64,000 nucleotides of DNA, from assembly GCA_046483495.1 (NCBI GenBank), contig JAWODC010000067.1:128528-192527 (forward strand), written 5' to 3'. This stretch comes from Desulfobacterales bacterium. Its GTDB lineage: Bacteria; Desulfobacterota; Desulfobacteria; Desulfobacterales; UBA5616. The stretch's first letter is position 1. Every line of letters starts with the position of its first letter. The notes below the pieces were generated by a model, which was not told the DNA's origin, searched no databases, and saw only the letters and a program-made list of their open reading frames with translations. Position numbers and translations under genes: made by a program. Shown in pieces: positions 20,476-30,498 of the stretch.

Positions 20476-21018
20476 ATGGGACATCTGAAACGAACAGGCG
20501 GTGGATGGTCCGGACGGCACATGGTGCTGCTGATAACGGCGGTTTGGATGATGTCGTCTTGCGGGTACCGGTTTGCCGGCGGGGATGCCGCACCTTTCGG
20601 GGTTCGGAAAATCGCTGTGTTGATGTTTGAAAACCGCACTTCGGAAGTCGGCGTGGAAAGCATCTTCACCAATGATTTTATCGATGTGATGACCAACGAC
20701 GGCAGGATTTCGGTTGTCGAGCCAAGCCGTGCGGAAGGGGTGTTCAAAGGTGTTATCAGTGCCGTCGAGATTGATACGATTTCCCGCCGGAGCAGTTACC
20801 TCCCCCTTGAGCGCCGGGTGACCATCGTTTTGGATGTCGCATTCGAGGATGAAGACGGCAGGGTGCTGTGGTCCGGGAAAGAATGGATAAGAACCGAAGA
20901 ATACACAATATCGCCGGATAAACGGGTAACCGAGCGGAACAGGCGTGCGGCGATTTCAGAAATTTCCGAGCAGACGGCCCGGGAAATCTATCAGATGTTG
21001 ACCTGGGTCGGCTCATGA
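20476..21018 (+). CDS. lptE: LPS-assembly lipoprotein LptE-like
   Basis: Signal peptide ending in a lipobox-like MMSSC followed by GYRF, as in LptE/RlpB. The position directly after leuS is the conserved one. An alternative start is at 20521. Confidence 0.7.
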   Translation: MGHLKRTGGGWSGRHMVLLITAVWMMSSCGYRFAGGDAAPFGVRKIAVLMFENRTSEVGVESIFTNDFIDVMTNDGRISVVEPSRAEGVFKGVISAVEIDTISRRSSYLPLERRVTIVLDVAFEDEDGRVLWSGKEWIRTEEYTISPDKRVTERNRRAAISEISEQTAREIYQMLTWVGS

Positions 21019-21108
21019 CCCGGCGTGCATCACTGGACCGGCCGACGGCTGTGTGGGCGGGTTGCCGCAGAGAACCTGAATGTCGAGTCCATGTGCCGCC
21101 GGATCGGT

Positions 21109-21375
21109 TTACGCATTCATTTTATTGATGTTTTTTGCCAGGCGCGATATTTTACGCGCGGCGGTTTTCTTATGAATCACGCCTTTTTTGGCCGCTTTCG
21201 TGATGACGGACGCTGCGGTGTCCAGTTTTTTTGATGCCGCCTCGGGGGCGTTCTCACTGATGGAAAGACGGACGTTTTTTACCGCGGACTTCATGTTGGT
21301 TCTAACCGCCTTGTTTCGCATCCGGCGAATTTCGTTCTGGCGCGAACGCTTCAATGCAGATTTATGATTAGCCAA
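21109..21375 (-). CDS. rpsT: 30S ribosomal protein S20
   Basis: MANHKSALKRSRQNEIRRMRNKAVRT..., the canonical S20 N-terminus. Confidence 0.95.
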   Translation of the reverse strand: MANHKSALKRSRQNEIRRMRNKAVRTNMKSAVKNVRLSISENAPEAASKKLDTAASVITKAAKKGVIHKKTAARKISRLAKNINKMNA

Positions 21376-21509
21376 ATTGATTAACTCCTTTCACAAGATG
21401 TATACGCCGGACTTCCGCCGCAGGGGAAGCCCTGGTTTGGTCGGCACTATTTAAATCACACATTTATAAATACTCGACACAATCTTGTCAAGAAAATTTA
21501 CAGGCATAC

Positions 21510-23057
21510 ATGTCGGATAGACAAAATGTGCAAAAAACGGCCGGGCTGCTCGGACTATTGACATTGACAAGCCGGTTGCTGGGGTTTGTACGGGATGTCC
21601 TTATCGCCTGGCTTTTCGGCGCAGGCTTTCTTTCGGACGCCTTCTTTGTGGCGTTCAGGATTCCTAATTTTCTTAGGCGGCTTTTTGCAGAGGGATCCCT
21701 CAGCGCACCGTTCGTTTCCGTCTTTACCGAGATTATGATAAAAAAAAATCGTGGAGAAGCGGTTCTATTCGCCGGCTCCGCCTTCCGGTTTCTGTCGATT
21801 TTTCTAACACTGGCCGTTCTTGCGGGCATTGCGGCGGCACCTGCAATTGCCTCTCTTCTGGCGCCCGGGTTTTTGGCTTCCGCTGAAAAAATGTCCTTAA
21901 CCGTATTGCTGATACGGATCATGGTCCCGTATGTTTTTTTTGTCGGTATGCTGGCCGTTGGAATGGGGGTTCTCAACGCGTTGGGGCAGTTTGCTGCGCC
22001 GGCTCTTGCCCCTGTGCTGTTGAATGTTTCCATGATTGCCTCCATGCTTTGGATAGCACCGCAGATGTCGGCACCGATTACGGGGCTTGCCGTCGGGGTT
22101 GTCGCGGGAGGCGTATTACAGCTTGCATTGCAGGTGCCGTTTTTGATAAAAGGTGGCATTCGTTTTCACGGACGCAGGGCGATTTACCATCCCGGCATCA
22201 AAAAAGCGATGCTGCTGATGCCGCCTATGATATTCGGGTCGGCGGTCTATCAGGTCAACGTCTTTATCGGAACCTTCTTGGCCTCTTTTTTATCAGAGGG
22301 AAGTGTTTCTTTTTTATATTATGCAGACCGCCTGGTTCAGTTTCCGTTGGGAATATTCGCCGTCGCCGTTTCCACAGCCATACTGCCGGTGTTGTCCCGC
22401 CAAGCCATGAACAGTGACAGGTCTGCGGTGGGAAAGACGTTTTCAAATGCCTTGAAGATGGTGTTTTTTATTGCATTGCCGTCAATGGCGGGGCTGATCG
22501 TGTTGAGGACACCGATTATTCACCTGCTTTTTTTGAAGGGGAGGTTCGATGCCGAGGCTGCGCAATTCACGGCGGACGCCGTCTTGTATTACGGTTTGGG
22601 GATATGGGCGTTTTCAGGCGTAAGGGTCCTGATTTCGGCTTTCTACGCGGTCGAAGATACGGGGACACCGGTGAGGACGGCTGTTTTCGCAGTTTTGCTG
22701 AACTTTTTTTTAGGCATTCTGTTGATGATGCCCATGGGGGTCGGTGGCTTGGCCCTGGCCGCATCCGTGGCTTCCATGGTTCAGTTCGGGCTGCTCGTCC
22801 GGCGTATCGGGCCGAAGATCGGCCCCATAGACGTCGGATCGATGGCGATATCCGCCGGCAAAACGATCGTGTGTACGGCAGTGATGGCGACAACGGTGCA
22901 TTTTCTGGCGAAGCACTTGATTTCAGCCGGGTCCGGTCACGGCTTGTCCCTTCATTGGGGGGTCGGCGTCTGCATATTGGCCGGTGTCACGGTTTACGGC
23001 ACCTGCTCTTGCCTGGTGAGGCATCCGGAAATAAAAATGGTGGCGAAACGAAGCTGA
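21510..23057 (+). CDS. murJ: lipid II flippase MurJ (MviN)
   Basis: N-terminus LTLTSRLLGFVRDVLIAWLFGAGFLSDAFFVAFRIPNFLRRLFAEGSL and a 14-TM MOP-family profile. Confidence 0.9.
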   Translation: MSDRQNVQKTAGLLGLLTLTSRLLGFVRDVLIAWLFGAGFLSDAFFVAFRIPNFLRRLFAEGSLSAPFVSVFTEIMIKKNRGEAVLFAGSAFRFLSIFLTLAVLAGIAAAPAIASLLAPGFLASAEKMSLTVLLIRIMVPYVFFVGMLAVGMGVLNALGQFAAPALAPVLLNVSMIASMLWIAPQMSAPITGLAVGVVAGGVLQLALQVPFLIKGGIRFHGRRAIYHPGIKKAMLLMPPMIFGSAVYQVNVFIGTFLASFLSEGSVSFLYYADRLVQFPLGIFAVAVSTAILPVLSRQAMNSDRSAVGKTFSNALKMVFFIALPSMAGLIVLRTPIIHLLFLKGRFDAEAAQFTADAVLYYGLGIWAFSGVRVLISAFYAVEDTGTPVRTAVFAVLLNFFLGILLMMPMGVGGLALAASVASMVQFGLLVRRIGPKIGPIDVGSMAISAGKTIVCTAVMATTVHFLAKHLISAGSGHGLSLHWGVGVCILAGVTVYGTCSCLVRHPEIKMVAKRS

Positions 23058-23073
23058 ACAGAAAGACAACATT

Positions 23074-23373
23074 TTGAGTTCAAAAGAAAAAATATTAATA
23101 AGAGCGGCAATGGTATTGATGTTTTTTCTGCTTTTGTTTATTCTCTTCGGAGAAAATGGGTATCTGGACCTGAGGCGGCTTCAAACGGAAAAGGCGCGGT
23201 TGAGCGAACGAAATCATCAGCTCGAGCACGAAAACGTGCTCCTCTACCGTGAAATCGAACGGCTAAAGCACGATTTAACGTACATCGAAAATGTTGCCCG
23301 CCGGGAGCTTGGCATGGTAAAGAAAGAAGAAGTGGTTGTTAAAATTGATGAATCTGAGGATATGCCGGAATGA
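23074..23373 (+). CDS. ftsB: cell division protein FtsB/DivIC-like (septum formation initiator)
   Basis: TTG start, one TM helix, then a leucine-zipper coiled coil (LRRLQTEKARLSERNHQLEHENVLLYREIERLK) and the IENVARRELGMVKKEE motif. Confidence 0.8.
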   Translation: MSSKEKILIRAAMVLMFFLLLFILFGENGYLDLRRLQTEKARLSERNHQLEHENVLLYREIERLKHDLTYIENVARRELGMVKKEEVVVKIDESEDMPE

Positions 23374-23591
23374 TGCTTGACCCGATGTTCAAGACGAAAA
23401 CCATGGCGAGAATTCTTGCGGCGCAGGGTCAAATGACGCAAGCCGCGGAAATTTACACTTCTGTGCTTACGAACGGCGGTTGCCGTGAAGCAATGATATC
23501 CGATTCGACCACTGCAAAGGACCTGATTTCGCTTTATGAAAAATGGGTTCGTCTCGCCTTCGATTATGGGCGCAAAACACGAAACCGGTAA
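23370..23591 (+). CDS. hypothetical small protein (73 aa)
   Basis: The ATG overlaps the ftsB TGA (ATGA), which suggests translational coupling. A short helical segment resembles TPR (MARILAAQGQMTQAAEIYTSVL). No family was recognised. Confidence 0.4.
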   Translation: MMLDPMFKTKTMARILAAQGQMTQAAEIYTSVLTNGGCREAMISDSTTAKDLISLYEKWVRLAFDYGRKTRNR

Positions 23592-23739
23592 CATGTACGA
23601 CCGGGCTCCACAAACAGGAGAGGGGGTGCGACAGATGTTCGGTGAATACCGGGGTTGGAATGCAGTATTCGGCCCGGCCGGCGGGATAAAGACAGCCGGT
23701 CTGATGACTTGCCGGACTTTTGCAAGAGGGAGTTGTGCA

Positions 23740-24216
23740 ATGAAGCGAACCGGTTTGGGAAGAAAAATTCGGGCGGTCTCAATCGTTTTGATTTTTTCGC
23801 TCACATGTTTGGTGATAACCGGCTGCGCCGGTCGAACTTCGAAACTTCAAACCGGCTCTTCACCCCTTGCTGATGCAAAAAACGATCCTGCCCCGAGATA
23901 TTATGATTTTACCGACATTCTGGTTCCCGGCGGCCTGAATGTGAATGACAGGTCCACCTACGTGGTGAAGACTTCCGGGTTTGCCACAGGCATTCTGGTT
24001 CTCGATGGGTGGATCAAGCGAAACGAACTGATTGCCTTTTTTCAGGCAAACATGGTCAAAGACAATTGGGAGGCCGTTTCCACACTCAAATCGCCGCGCA
24101 CCAGTACGTTCCTGCTTTTTAAAAAACCTCACCGATGGTGCATTATCAGTATCGGGTCCGAAGATTTTCCGGCGCATGTCGAAATCGGTGTGGCCCCCGC
24201 CGGGGAGCGGATGTAG
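23740..24216 (+). CDS. hypothetical lipoprotein
   Basis: Internal ATG with AGAGGGA upstream. Signal peptide plus lipobox (IVLIFSLTCLVITGC). No family was recognised. Confidence 0.6.
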   Translation: MKRTGLGRKIRAVSIVLIFSLTCLVITGCAGRTSKLQTGSSPLADAKNDPAPRYYDFTDILVPGGLNVNDRSTYVVKTSGFATGILVLDGWIKRNELIAFFQANMVKDNWEAVSTLKSPRTSTFLLFKKPHRWCIISIGSEDFPAHVEIGVAPAGERM

Positions 24217-24294
24217 AGACGGTAATCATCAGTGTGCGTGATATAAAGATCCGCTGTATTCGGGCCGAACGAGGAAGGATAGAGGAAAGCCTAT

Positions 24295-25500
24295 ATGACC
24301 CTATTAAAGGATAAACATATTGTTTTAGGGGTCAGCGGGGGCATTGCAGCTTACAAGAGCGTGGAGTTGCTCCGGCTGTTGACGAAGGCGGGTGCCGACG
24401 TCAGAATCCTGATGACGGAAAATGCAAAATGGTTTGTCGGACCCGGCACTTTTGAAGCGTTGTCAGGACGTCCGGTATGCGCTGATTTGTTTGACCATCA
24501 TGAAGACGCAGCCATAGGGCATATCAAATGGGCCGAGGAGGCTCATGCCGTGGTCATCGCTCCGGCTACGGCAAATATCATCGGGAAAATGGCAAACGGC
24601 ATCGCCGATGATGCGCTCAGCACATTTCTGCTGGCGGTGACCGCGCCGGTTTTGGTCTGCCCCTCGATGAACAGCAATATGTACGTAAGCCGTCCGGTGC
24701 AGCGAAATCTTTCCCTTCTGGAAAAAGACGGGATTACTATCGTCCGGCCGGATGCCGGTGAATTGGCATGCGGGACCGAGGGGCCCGGCCGTTTGCCGGA
24801 ACCCGAGGCCGTTCTGGACAGGCTTTTGGCCCGCCTGACGCCGAAGGATTTTGACGGAAAGAAAATCGTGATTTCCGCAGGCCCTACCCGGGAATCCATC
24901 GATCCCGTTCGATTCATCAGCAATCCATCATCCGGAAAAATGGGATACGCCATTGCCGGGGCCGCAGAGCATCGCGGCGCGGATGTCACCCTTGTGTCCG
25001 GTCCGGTCAATTTGCCCCGGCCGTGGAATACGAAGGCTGTATATGTCAACACCGCCGCGGAAATGGCCCAAGCCGTGTTCGATGCAATGCATGAAGCCGA
25101 TATCATCATCAAAACGGCTGCTGTTGCGGATTACCGTCCGAAGATCACGGCTGCGCAGAAAATCAAGAAAGGCGATCCGGAACTGGTGCTGGAGCTTACG
25201 AAAACCGTGGATATACTGAACGAACTGGGTAAGCATAAGGAAAACCGGGTGCTTGTCGGTTTCGCCGCAGAAACCGAGGCCCTCGAGAAAAACGCCGGTC
25301 AGAAACTTGCGCAGAAAAATCTCGACCTGATTGTCGGAAACCTGGTGAATATCCCGGAATCCGGTTTTCAGACCGAGACCAACAAGGTGACCTTTTTTTA
25401 CAAAAACGGACATATGGAATCCCTTCCTGTTATGGCGAAAGATGCTGTTGCGCATGCATTGTTGGATAGGATTCGTGACATCATGGCCGACCGAAGATAA
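24295..25500 (+). CDS. coaBC: bifunctional phosphopantothenoylcysteine decarboxylase / phosphopantothenate--cysteine ligase
   Basis: N-terminal flavoprotein domain (LGVSGGIAAYKSVELLRLL, PATANIIGKMANGIADD) and a C-terminal CoaB domain (ISAGPTRESIDPVRFISNPSSGKMG). Confidence 0.95.
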   Translation: MTLLKDKHIVLGVSGGIAAYKSVELLRLLTKAGADVRILMTENAKWFVGPGTFEALSGRPVCADLFDHHEDAAIGHIKWAEEAHAVVIAPATANIIGKMANGIADDALSTFLLAVTAPVLVCPSMNSNMYVSRPVQRNLSLLEKDGITIVRPDAGELACGTEGPGRLPEPEAVLDRLLARLTPKDFDGKKIVISAGPTRESIDPVRFISNPSSGKMGYAIAGAAEHRGADVTLVSGPVNLPRPWNTKAVYVNTAAEMAQAVFDAMHEADIIIKTAAVADYRPKITAAQKIKKGDPELVLELTKTVDILNELGKHKENRVLVGFAAETEALEKNAGQKLAQKNLDLIVGNLVNIPESGFQTETNKVTFFYKNGHMESLPVMAKDAVAHALLDRIRDIMADRR

Positions 25501-25503
25501 AAT

Positions 25504-26319
25504 ATGGGAATCGACTCATCTTCAAAATCGAATGATACGGATCTTTACGGCAGCATGTCGTCCCTTTTGGTGGATGTGGGCGATTACCTTCGAGGCCTGA
25601 AAGAAATCGGGTGCCGCGGTTTTCAATGTTCCGATGAAACCCTGAGCAGGCTCGCTGCACTGGGCAAAAGACGGTCCGGACCCGAGTCCCTGGACCAGAT
25701 CCTTCGGGAATTGGCGGATTGCAGGCGATGCGCGCTCTGTGAAAAACGAAACCATATCGTATTCGGAGAAGGAAGCGCCTCCGCCAGGCTGGTGTTTGTC
25801 GGAGAAGGGCCCGGAAAAGAGGAGGACAAAACCGGGAGGCCTTTTGTGGGCGCCGCCGGCAGATTGTTGACTCGAATTATAGAAGCCATGCATCTGGCCA
25901 GAGATGACGTGTTCATTTGCAATATCGTAAAATGCCGGCCGCCCGGCAACAGGACACCGAAGCCGGAGGAAATTTCCGTGTGTCTCTCTTTTCTGAAACG
26001 ACAACTGGAGGCCATAAAACCGGACTTTGTATGTGCGCTGGGAGCTGTTGCGGCTCAAACGCTGCTTGAAACGGAAGATCCGATTTCCCGCCTCAGAGGA
26101 CGGTTTCATTCCGTCAGCGACTTTTTGGTGATGCCGACGTATCATCCCTCCTATCTGCTCAGGAATCCGGAAAAAAAGCGGGATGTGTGGGAGGATATGA
26201 AAACGTTAATGCGGGAAATGGATCGCCGCCGTAAACAAGAAAACGCTTTCGATGGAAGCACCGCCCTTCAGGCTTATTCAAGCACCCGGCGTCCGTCGTC
26301 CGATGTTCGGGAGAGGTGA
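25504..26319 (+). CDS. uracil-DNA glycosylase, family 4
   Basis: CRRCALC Fe-S motif, then GEGPGKEEDKTGRPFVGAAGRLL and a C-terminal HPSYLLRNP motif. Confidence 0.85.
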   Translation: MGIDSSSKSNDTDLYGSMSSLLVDVGDYLRGLKEIGCRGFQCSDETLSRLAALGKRRSGPESLDQILRELADCRRCALCEKRNHIVFGEGSASARLVFVGEGPGKEEDKTGRPFVGAAGRLLTRIIEAMHLARDDVFICNIVKCRPPGNRTPKPEEISVCLSFLKRQLEAIKPDFVCALGAVAAQTLLETEDPISRLRGRFHSVSDFLVMPTYHPSYLLRNPEKKRDVWEDMKTLMREMDRRRKQENAFDGSTALQAYSSTRRPSSDVRER

Positions 26320-27620
26320 ATCAGATGAAATTACAACACTTCATGGTCTTGATCTTGCTGCTTGCACTGGGGTTGCCTGGACATATCCACGCTCAATCCG
26401 ATGGGATATACATCATGACCGTTTCCGATGCCATCGGGCCGGCGGTTGCCGATTTTATTGAGCGCGGAGTCAGAACGGCTTCCAGAAATGATGCCGAATG
26501 CCTGATCATTCGATTGAACACGCCGGGGGGGCTTGCCGACTCCATGCGTGATATCGTTATGACCATCTTGGGCAGCCCGGTTCCGGTTGTCGTTTTCGTG
26601 GCTCCAAGCGGGGCAAGGGCCGCTTCAGCCGGTGTGATGATCACCATGGCCGCGGATATCGCCGCAATGGCGCCGGGAACGAATATCGGCGCGGCTCATC
26701 CGGTCGGCGCGGGCGGTGAAAATATTGAAAAGGCGATGAGTGAAAAGGTGATCAATGATATGGTGGCGCACGCCCGAAGCGTCGCCCAAAAAAGGGGAAG
26801 GAACGCCGAATGGGTCGAGAAAGCCATTCGGGAGAGTGTTTCGGTTACGGAGACCCAGGCTTTAGAGGAAAATATCATCAATGTCGTAGCACGGGATACG
26901 GAAGACCTGATCCGGCAGATAAACGGCATGGAACTGGCCGGAAAAGGGGTTCTGGATTTGGAGGGGGCGGAGAAAAGGATTATCGAAGAAGACCTCAGAA
27001 CAAAGATACTCAAGACCATCAGCAACCCTAATATCGCCTATATTCTGATGATGCTCGGGCTCGCCGGAATCTACTTCGAACTGTCCAATCCCGGTGCCAT
27101 TTTTCCGGGGGTTATCGGCGGTATTTCATTGATTTTAGCTTTTTTCGCCTTCCAGACGCTCCCGGTCAACTATGCGGGAATTCTCTTGATCGTTGTGGCG
27201 CTGATTCTCTTTATTCTGGAGATGAAAATAGCCAGTTACGGGCTTCTCAGCATTGCCGGGGTCGCCAGCTTTCTGCTCGGCTCCTTGATGCTTTTCAACA
27301 GCAGCGGTTCCGGCATGCGTATTTCGTGGAGTGTGCTCCTGCCGACGGTGACACTCGTATCCGCTTTTTTCGTGGTCGTGGCCGGCCTGGTATTCAGAGT
27401 CCAGATTTCCAGGCCCGTGACCGGCAGCGGAGGACTCGTCGGCGAAATAGGTGTGGTAAAGAAAGCGCTTACGCCCGAGGGAAAAGTCCTCGTTCACGGA
27501 GAAATCTGGAAAGCTGTTTCCAACATGCCGATCGAAGAAGGCACACGGGTAAAGGTGGTGAAGGTGCAAAACCTTACCATTTCGGTCGAGCCGGTTAAGG
27601 AGAATACATATTCAGGATAG
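26316..27620 (+). CDS. nfeD: NfeD-family membrane-bound serine protease (ClpP-class)
   Basis: Signal peptide, ClpP-like domain (LNTPGGLADSMRDIV...GARAASAG), multi-TM region and a C-terminal OB/NfeD domain (GKVLVHGEIWKAVS). Precedes an SPFH gene. Confidence 0.85.
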   Translation: MNQMKLQHFMVLILLLALGLPGHIHAQSDGIYIMTVSDAIGPAVADFIERGVRTASRNDAECLIIRLNTPGGLADSMRDIVMTILGSPVPVVVFVAPSGARAASAGVMITMAADIAAMAPGTNIGAAHPVGAGGENIEKAMSEKVINDMVAHARSVAQKRGRNAEWVEKAIRESVSVTETQALEENIINVVARDTEDLIRQINGMELAGKGVLDLEGAEKRIIEEDLRTKILKTISNPNIAYILMMLGLAGIYFELSNPGAIFPGVIGGISLILAFFAFQTLPVNYAGILLIVVALILFILEMKIASYGLLSIAGVASFLLGSLMLFNSSGSGMRISWSVLLPTVTLVSAFFVVVAGLVFRVQISRPVTGSGGLVGEIGVVKKALTPEGKVLVHGEIWKAVSNMPIEEGTRVKVVKVQNLTISVEPVKENTYSG

Positions 27621-27654
27621 TTGCTCCACATAAAAACAGAAAAGGAGTGAAACC

Positions 27655-28419
27655 ATGCTGTTTCAAGTCATTGCCATTGTTATTCTGGTTGTTTTTTTTC
27701 TTTCAGCGGCCATTCGTATTTTAAATGAATATGAGCGGGGCGTGATATTTCGACTGGGGAGGGTTTTAAAAGCGAAAGGTCCGGGACTGATCATATTGAT
27801 TCCCGTGGTGGACAAAATGGTAAAGGTGAGCCTGCGGTTGGTGGCATTGGATGTGGACCCACAGGATGTCATCACCCGGGATAATGTATCGGTGAAAGTC
27901 AATGCGGTGATCTATTTCAGAGTGGTTGACCCGATCAAAGCGGTTATCGAAGTCGAAAGCTACGCTTATGCCATGAGCCAACTGGCCCAGACGACCATCA
28001 GGAGTGTATGCGGTCAGGCGGAACTTGACGATCTGTTGTCCGAGCGTGAGAAAATCAACATGGAGCTTCAGGAAATTCTCGACACGCATACGGATCCGTG
28101 GGGCATTAAAGTGGCCACAGTGGAACTCAAGCATATCGATCTTCCTTCCGAAATGCAGCGTGCAATGGCCCGGCAGGCTGAAGCTGAACGGGACCGGCGG
28201 GCCAAGGTCATCAATGCTGAAGGCGAGTTTCAAGCTGCGGCAAAGCTCGCCGAGGCTTCCACCATCATTAAGGACCATCCTATCGCCCTGCAGCTGCGCT
28301 ACCTGCAGACGATGAATGAAATGTCCGCGGAAAACAACACCACCACCATTTTTCCTGTTCCCCTGGACTTGTTCAGGCCTTTTTTAAAGCAGATGGGATT
28401 GGAAAAGGAAAAAACATAA
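27655..28419 (+). CDS. SPFH/band-7 (stomatin-like) protein
   Basis: N-terminal TM helix, then [12 protein letters not shown]...[16 protein letters not shown] and an Ala/Glu-rich coiled coil. Good RBS (AAAGGAG). Confidence 0.9.
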   Translation: MLFQVIAIVILVVFFLSAAIRILNEYERGVIFRLGRVLKAKGPGLIILIPVVDKMVKVSLRLVALDVDPQDVITRDNVSVKVNAVIYFRVVDPIKAVIEVESYAYAMSQLAQTTIRSVCGQAELDDLLSEREKINMELQEILDTHTDPWGIKVATVELKHIDLPSEMQRAMARQAEAERDRRAKVINAEGEFQAAAKLAEASTIIKDHPIALQLRYLQTMNEMSAENNTTTIFPVPLDLFRPFLKQMGLEKEKT

Positions 28420-28484
28420 GCGGATCGGTCGTATGCGACACGGTTGCACCCGTGCAAAAAATAGTTGATTTCCTGTAGAGGCTA

Positions 28485-28513
28485 TTGACATTTGCCCCAT
28501 TAACCGATAAATT
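28485..28513 (+). promoter_or_regulatory. putative sigma-70 promoter
   Basis: TTGACA, 17 nt, TAAATT, about 100 nt upstream of the 28613 ORF. A perfect 10-bp-stem hairpin (28547..28572, AAGCGGAGGC/GCCTCCGCTT) lies in the leader. Confidence 0.35.
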
Positions 28514-28612
28514 TTTTATTTTTAATTAGTGGGATAAAGCTAATGGAAGCGGAGGCTTAGAAGGCCTCCGCTTGTGCTTTCAAATCCGGTATGAAAGGAG
28601 ACGTCGCAAAGA

Positions 28613-28939
28613 ATGGGCAAAAAGAAAAAAGAAACAAAGGAAAAACCGCTGGAAAAAATGACATCCAAGGACCTGCGGGAGATCGCCATGAAAATTCCCG
28701 AAATCACCGGTGTCCACGGTATGAATAAAGAAGAATTGATTTCGGAAATTAAGAAATCCCGGGGAATCGCCGAGGAAACAAAGAGCAAAGGATCTTCAGC
28801 CAGAGAGATCAAAGAGAAGATCAGGAAGTTGAAGGCGGACCGAAGTGCGGCCGAAAAGGCCGATGATCGTGAAAAATCCGCCATCTTACGGAAACGAATC
28901 ATACGGTTGAAAAAGAAAAGCCGACGCGCAGCTGCGTGA
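28613..28939 (+). CDS. lysine-rich small protein with a Rho_N-like (SAP-like) helical motif
   Basis: 108 aa, very Lys/Arg/Glu-rich. The segment TSKDLREIAMKIPEITGVHGMNKEELISEIKK resembles the Rho N-terminal helix bundle. Confidence 0.55.
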   Translation: MGKKKKETKEKPLEKMTSKDLREIAMKIPEITGVHGMNKEELISEIKKSRGIAEETKSKGSSAREIKEKIRKLKADRSAAEKADDREKSAILRKRIIRLKKKSRRAAA

Positions 28940-28980
28940 GCCCGCTGATCATCCGGCCCGCGACCGGTGAAGGATTACGG

Positions 28981-29898
28981 ATGGAAATCGCCTCTATACC
29001 GTCATTTGCAGCGTCGTTTGTGGAATCTTTGGCCTCGGAAAAAGGATATTCCATACACACCTGTAGAGCTTATGATAAAGATTTGCAGGAGTTTTCGCTC
29101 TTTCTGGCGCATTATCTGAAAAAGAGTCCCGACGCTATCAGACCGGATGAGGTAGATGGGTTGGCTATTCGCGGATTCTTGGGTTTTTTGCACAAAAAAA
29201 ATACCAAGGCGACAATCGCGCGCAAACTTTCCGCGCTGCGGTCGTTCTTCAATTTTCTGGTAAAGCACGGCATTTTGCGGGGAAACCCGGCGGAATTGAT
29301 ACATACGCCCAAACAGGATCAGGCGATACCCACCTATCTTCCGGTGGATGATATGTTCAGGCTGCTGGATTCCATCTGTAAACAGGATTTTCAGGGACTG
29401 AGAAACCGGGCTCTTTTCGAACTGATGTACTCCTCCGGCATTCGGGTATCCGAATTGGCCGGAATAAATATGCATGATGTCGATTTTTCTCAGAAACTGA
29501 TACGGGTCAAGGGAAAAGGGAATAAAGAAAGGATTGTGCCTGTCGGGGAAAAAGCGTTGAATTGCGTTTCCCGGTACCTGGACGTCCGGAGGCCATATGA
29601 AAACGAAGCGCTCGGCAAAGAAAGCCCTATGTTTTTAAACAAAAACGGCACCCGGCTTTCCACGCGTTCCATTGCACGCATTCTGGACAAACTCGCCAGG
29701 GCATGCGGTTTGGTGACCCCGGTGTCCCCCCATGCTTTTCGACATTCGTTTGCCACTCACATGCTGGACGCCGGAGCCGATTTGAGGGTGGTTCAGGAAC
29801 TATTGGGCCACAAAAGCCTTTCTACGACACAGAAGTACACCCATGTGAGCATCGATAAGCTGATGCAGGTTTACGATAAATCCCATCCGAGGAAATAA
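28981..29898 (+). CDS. xerC: tyrosine recombinase XerC/XerD family
   Basis: The N-terminal SAM-like domain and the catalytic R..H..R..Y residues are present (GIRVSELAG, HAFRHSFATHML, LGHKSLSTTQKYTHV). Sits in classical xerC-hslVU synteny. The track ORF begins at GTG 28936. Confidence 0.85.
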   Translation: MEIASIPSFAASFVESLASEKGYSIHTCRAYDKDLQEFSLFLAHYLKKSPDAIRPDEVDGLAIRGFLGFLHKKNTKATIARKLSALRSFFNFLVKHGILRGNPAELIHTPKQDQAIPTYLPVDDMFRLLDSICKQDFQGLRNRALFELMYSSGIRVSELAGINMHDVDFSQKLIRVKGKGNKERIVPVGEKALNCVSRYLDVRRPYENEALGKESPMFLNKNGTRLSTRSIARILDKLARACGLVTPVSPHAFRHSFATHMLDAGADLRVVQELLGHKSLSTTQKYTHVSIDKLMQVYDKSHPRK

Positions 29899-29935
29899 TC
29901 ATTGCCCGAGGGTGTTCAGATCCAGGGAGACGCGT

Positions 29936-30466
29936 ATGAATTTCAAGGGGACAACGATTCTTGCCGTAAGGCGAAACGGGAAGGTCGTAGTTGCCGGAGA
30001 CGGACAGGTGACGTTAGACAACACCGTCGTCAAACATACGGCGAAAAAAGTCCGCAAAATTTATCAGGACAGAATTATCGTCGGATTTGCAGGGGCAACG
30101 GCGGACGCCATGAATCTTTCCGAACGTCTTGAAAGCAAGCTGGAGCGCTATAACGGGAATTTGACCCGTGCAGCGGTGGAGCTGGCCAGGGATTGGCGAA
30201 CCGATAAATATTTGCGGCGTCTCGAAGCCCTCATGATCGCTGTTGATGATGCCCGTATGTTTCTCATTTCCGGCAACGGCGATGTCATCGAGCCGGACGA
30301 ATCGGTCATCGGCATAGGATCGGGCGCCACCGCAGCCCAGTCAGCCGCCACGGCATTGATGCGGCGGACGGATATGGAGGCGCATGATATCGTTTTAGAG
30401 GCCCTTAAGATCGCGGCCTCACTATGCATTTTCACCAACGAATCCATTACCGTGGAACAGTTGTAA
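29936..30466 (+). CDS. hslV: ATP-dependent protease subunit HslV
   Basis: MNFKGTTILAVRRNGKVVVAGDGQVT places the catalytic Thr after the short propeptide. AGGGAGA RBS. Confidence 0.95.
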   Translation: MNFKGTTILAVRRNGKVVVAGDGQVTLDNTVVKHTAKKVRKIYQDRIIVGFAGATADAMNLSERLESKLERYNGNLTRAAVELARDWRTDKYLRRLEALMIAVDDARMFLISGNGDVIEPDESVIGIGSGATAAQSAATALMRRTDMEAHDIVLEALKIAASLCIFTNESITVEQL

Positions 30467-30498
30467 AAAAAAATAAGATATAGGATTAAGACAAGCGC

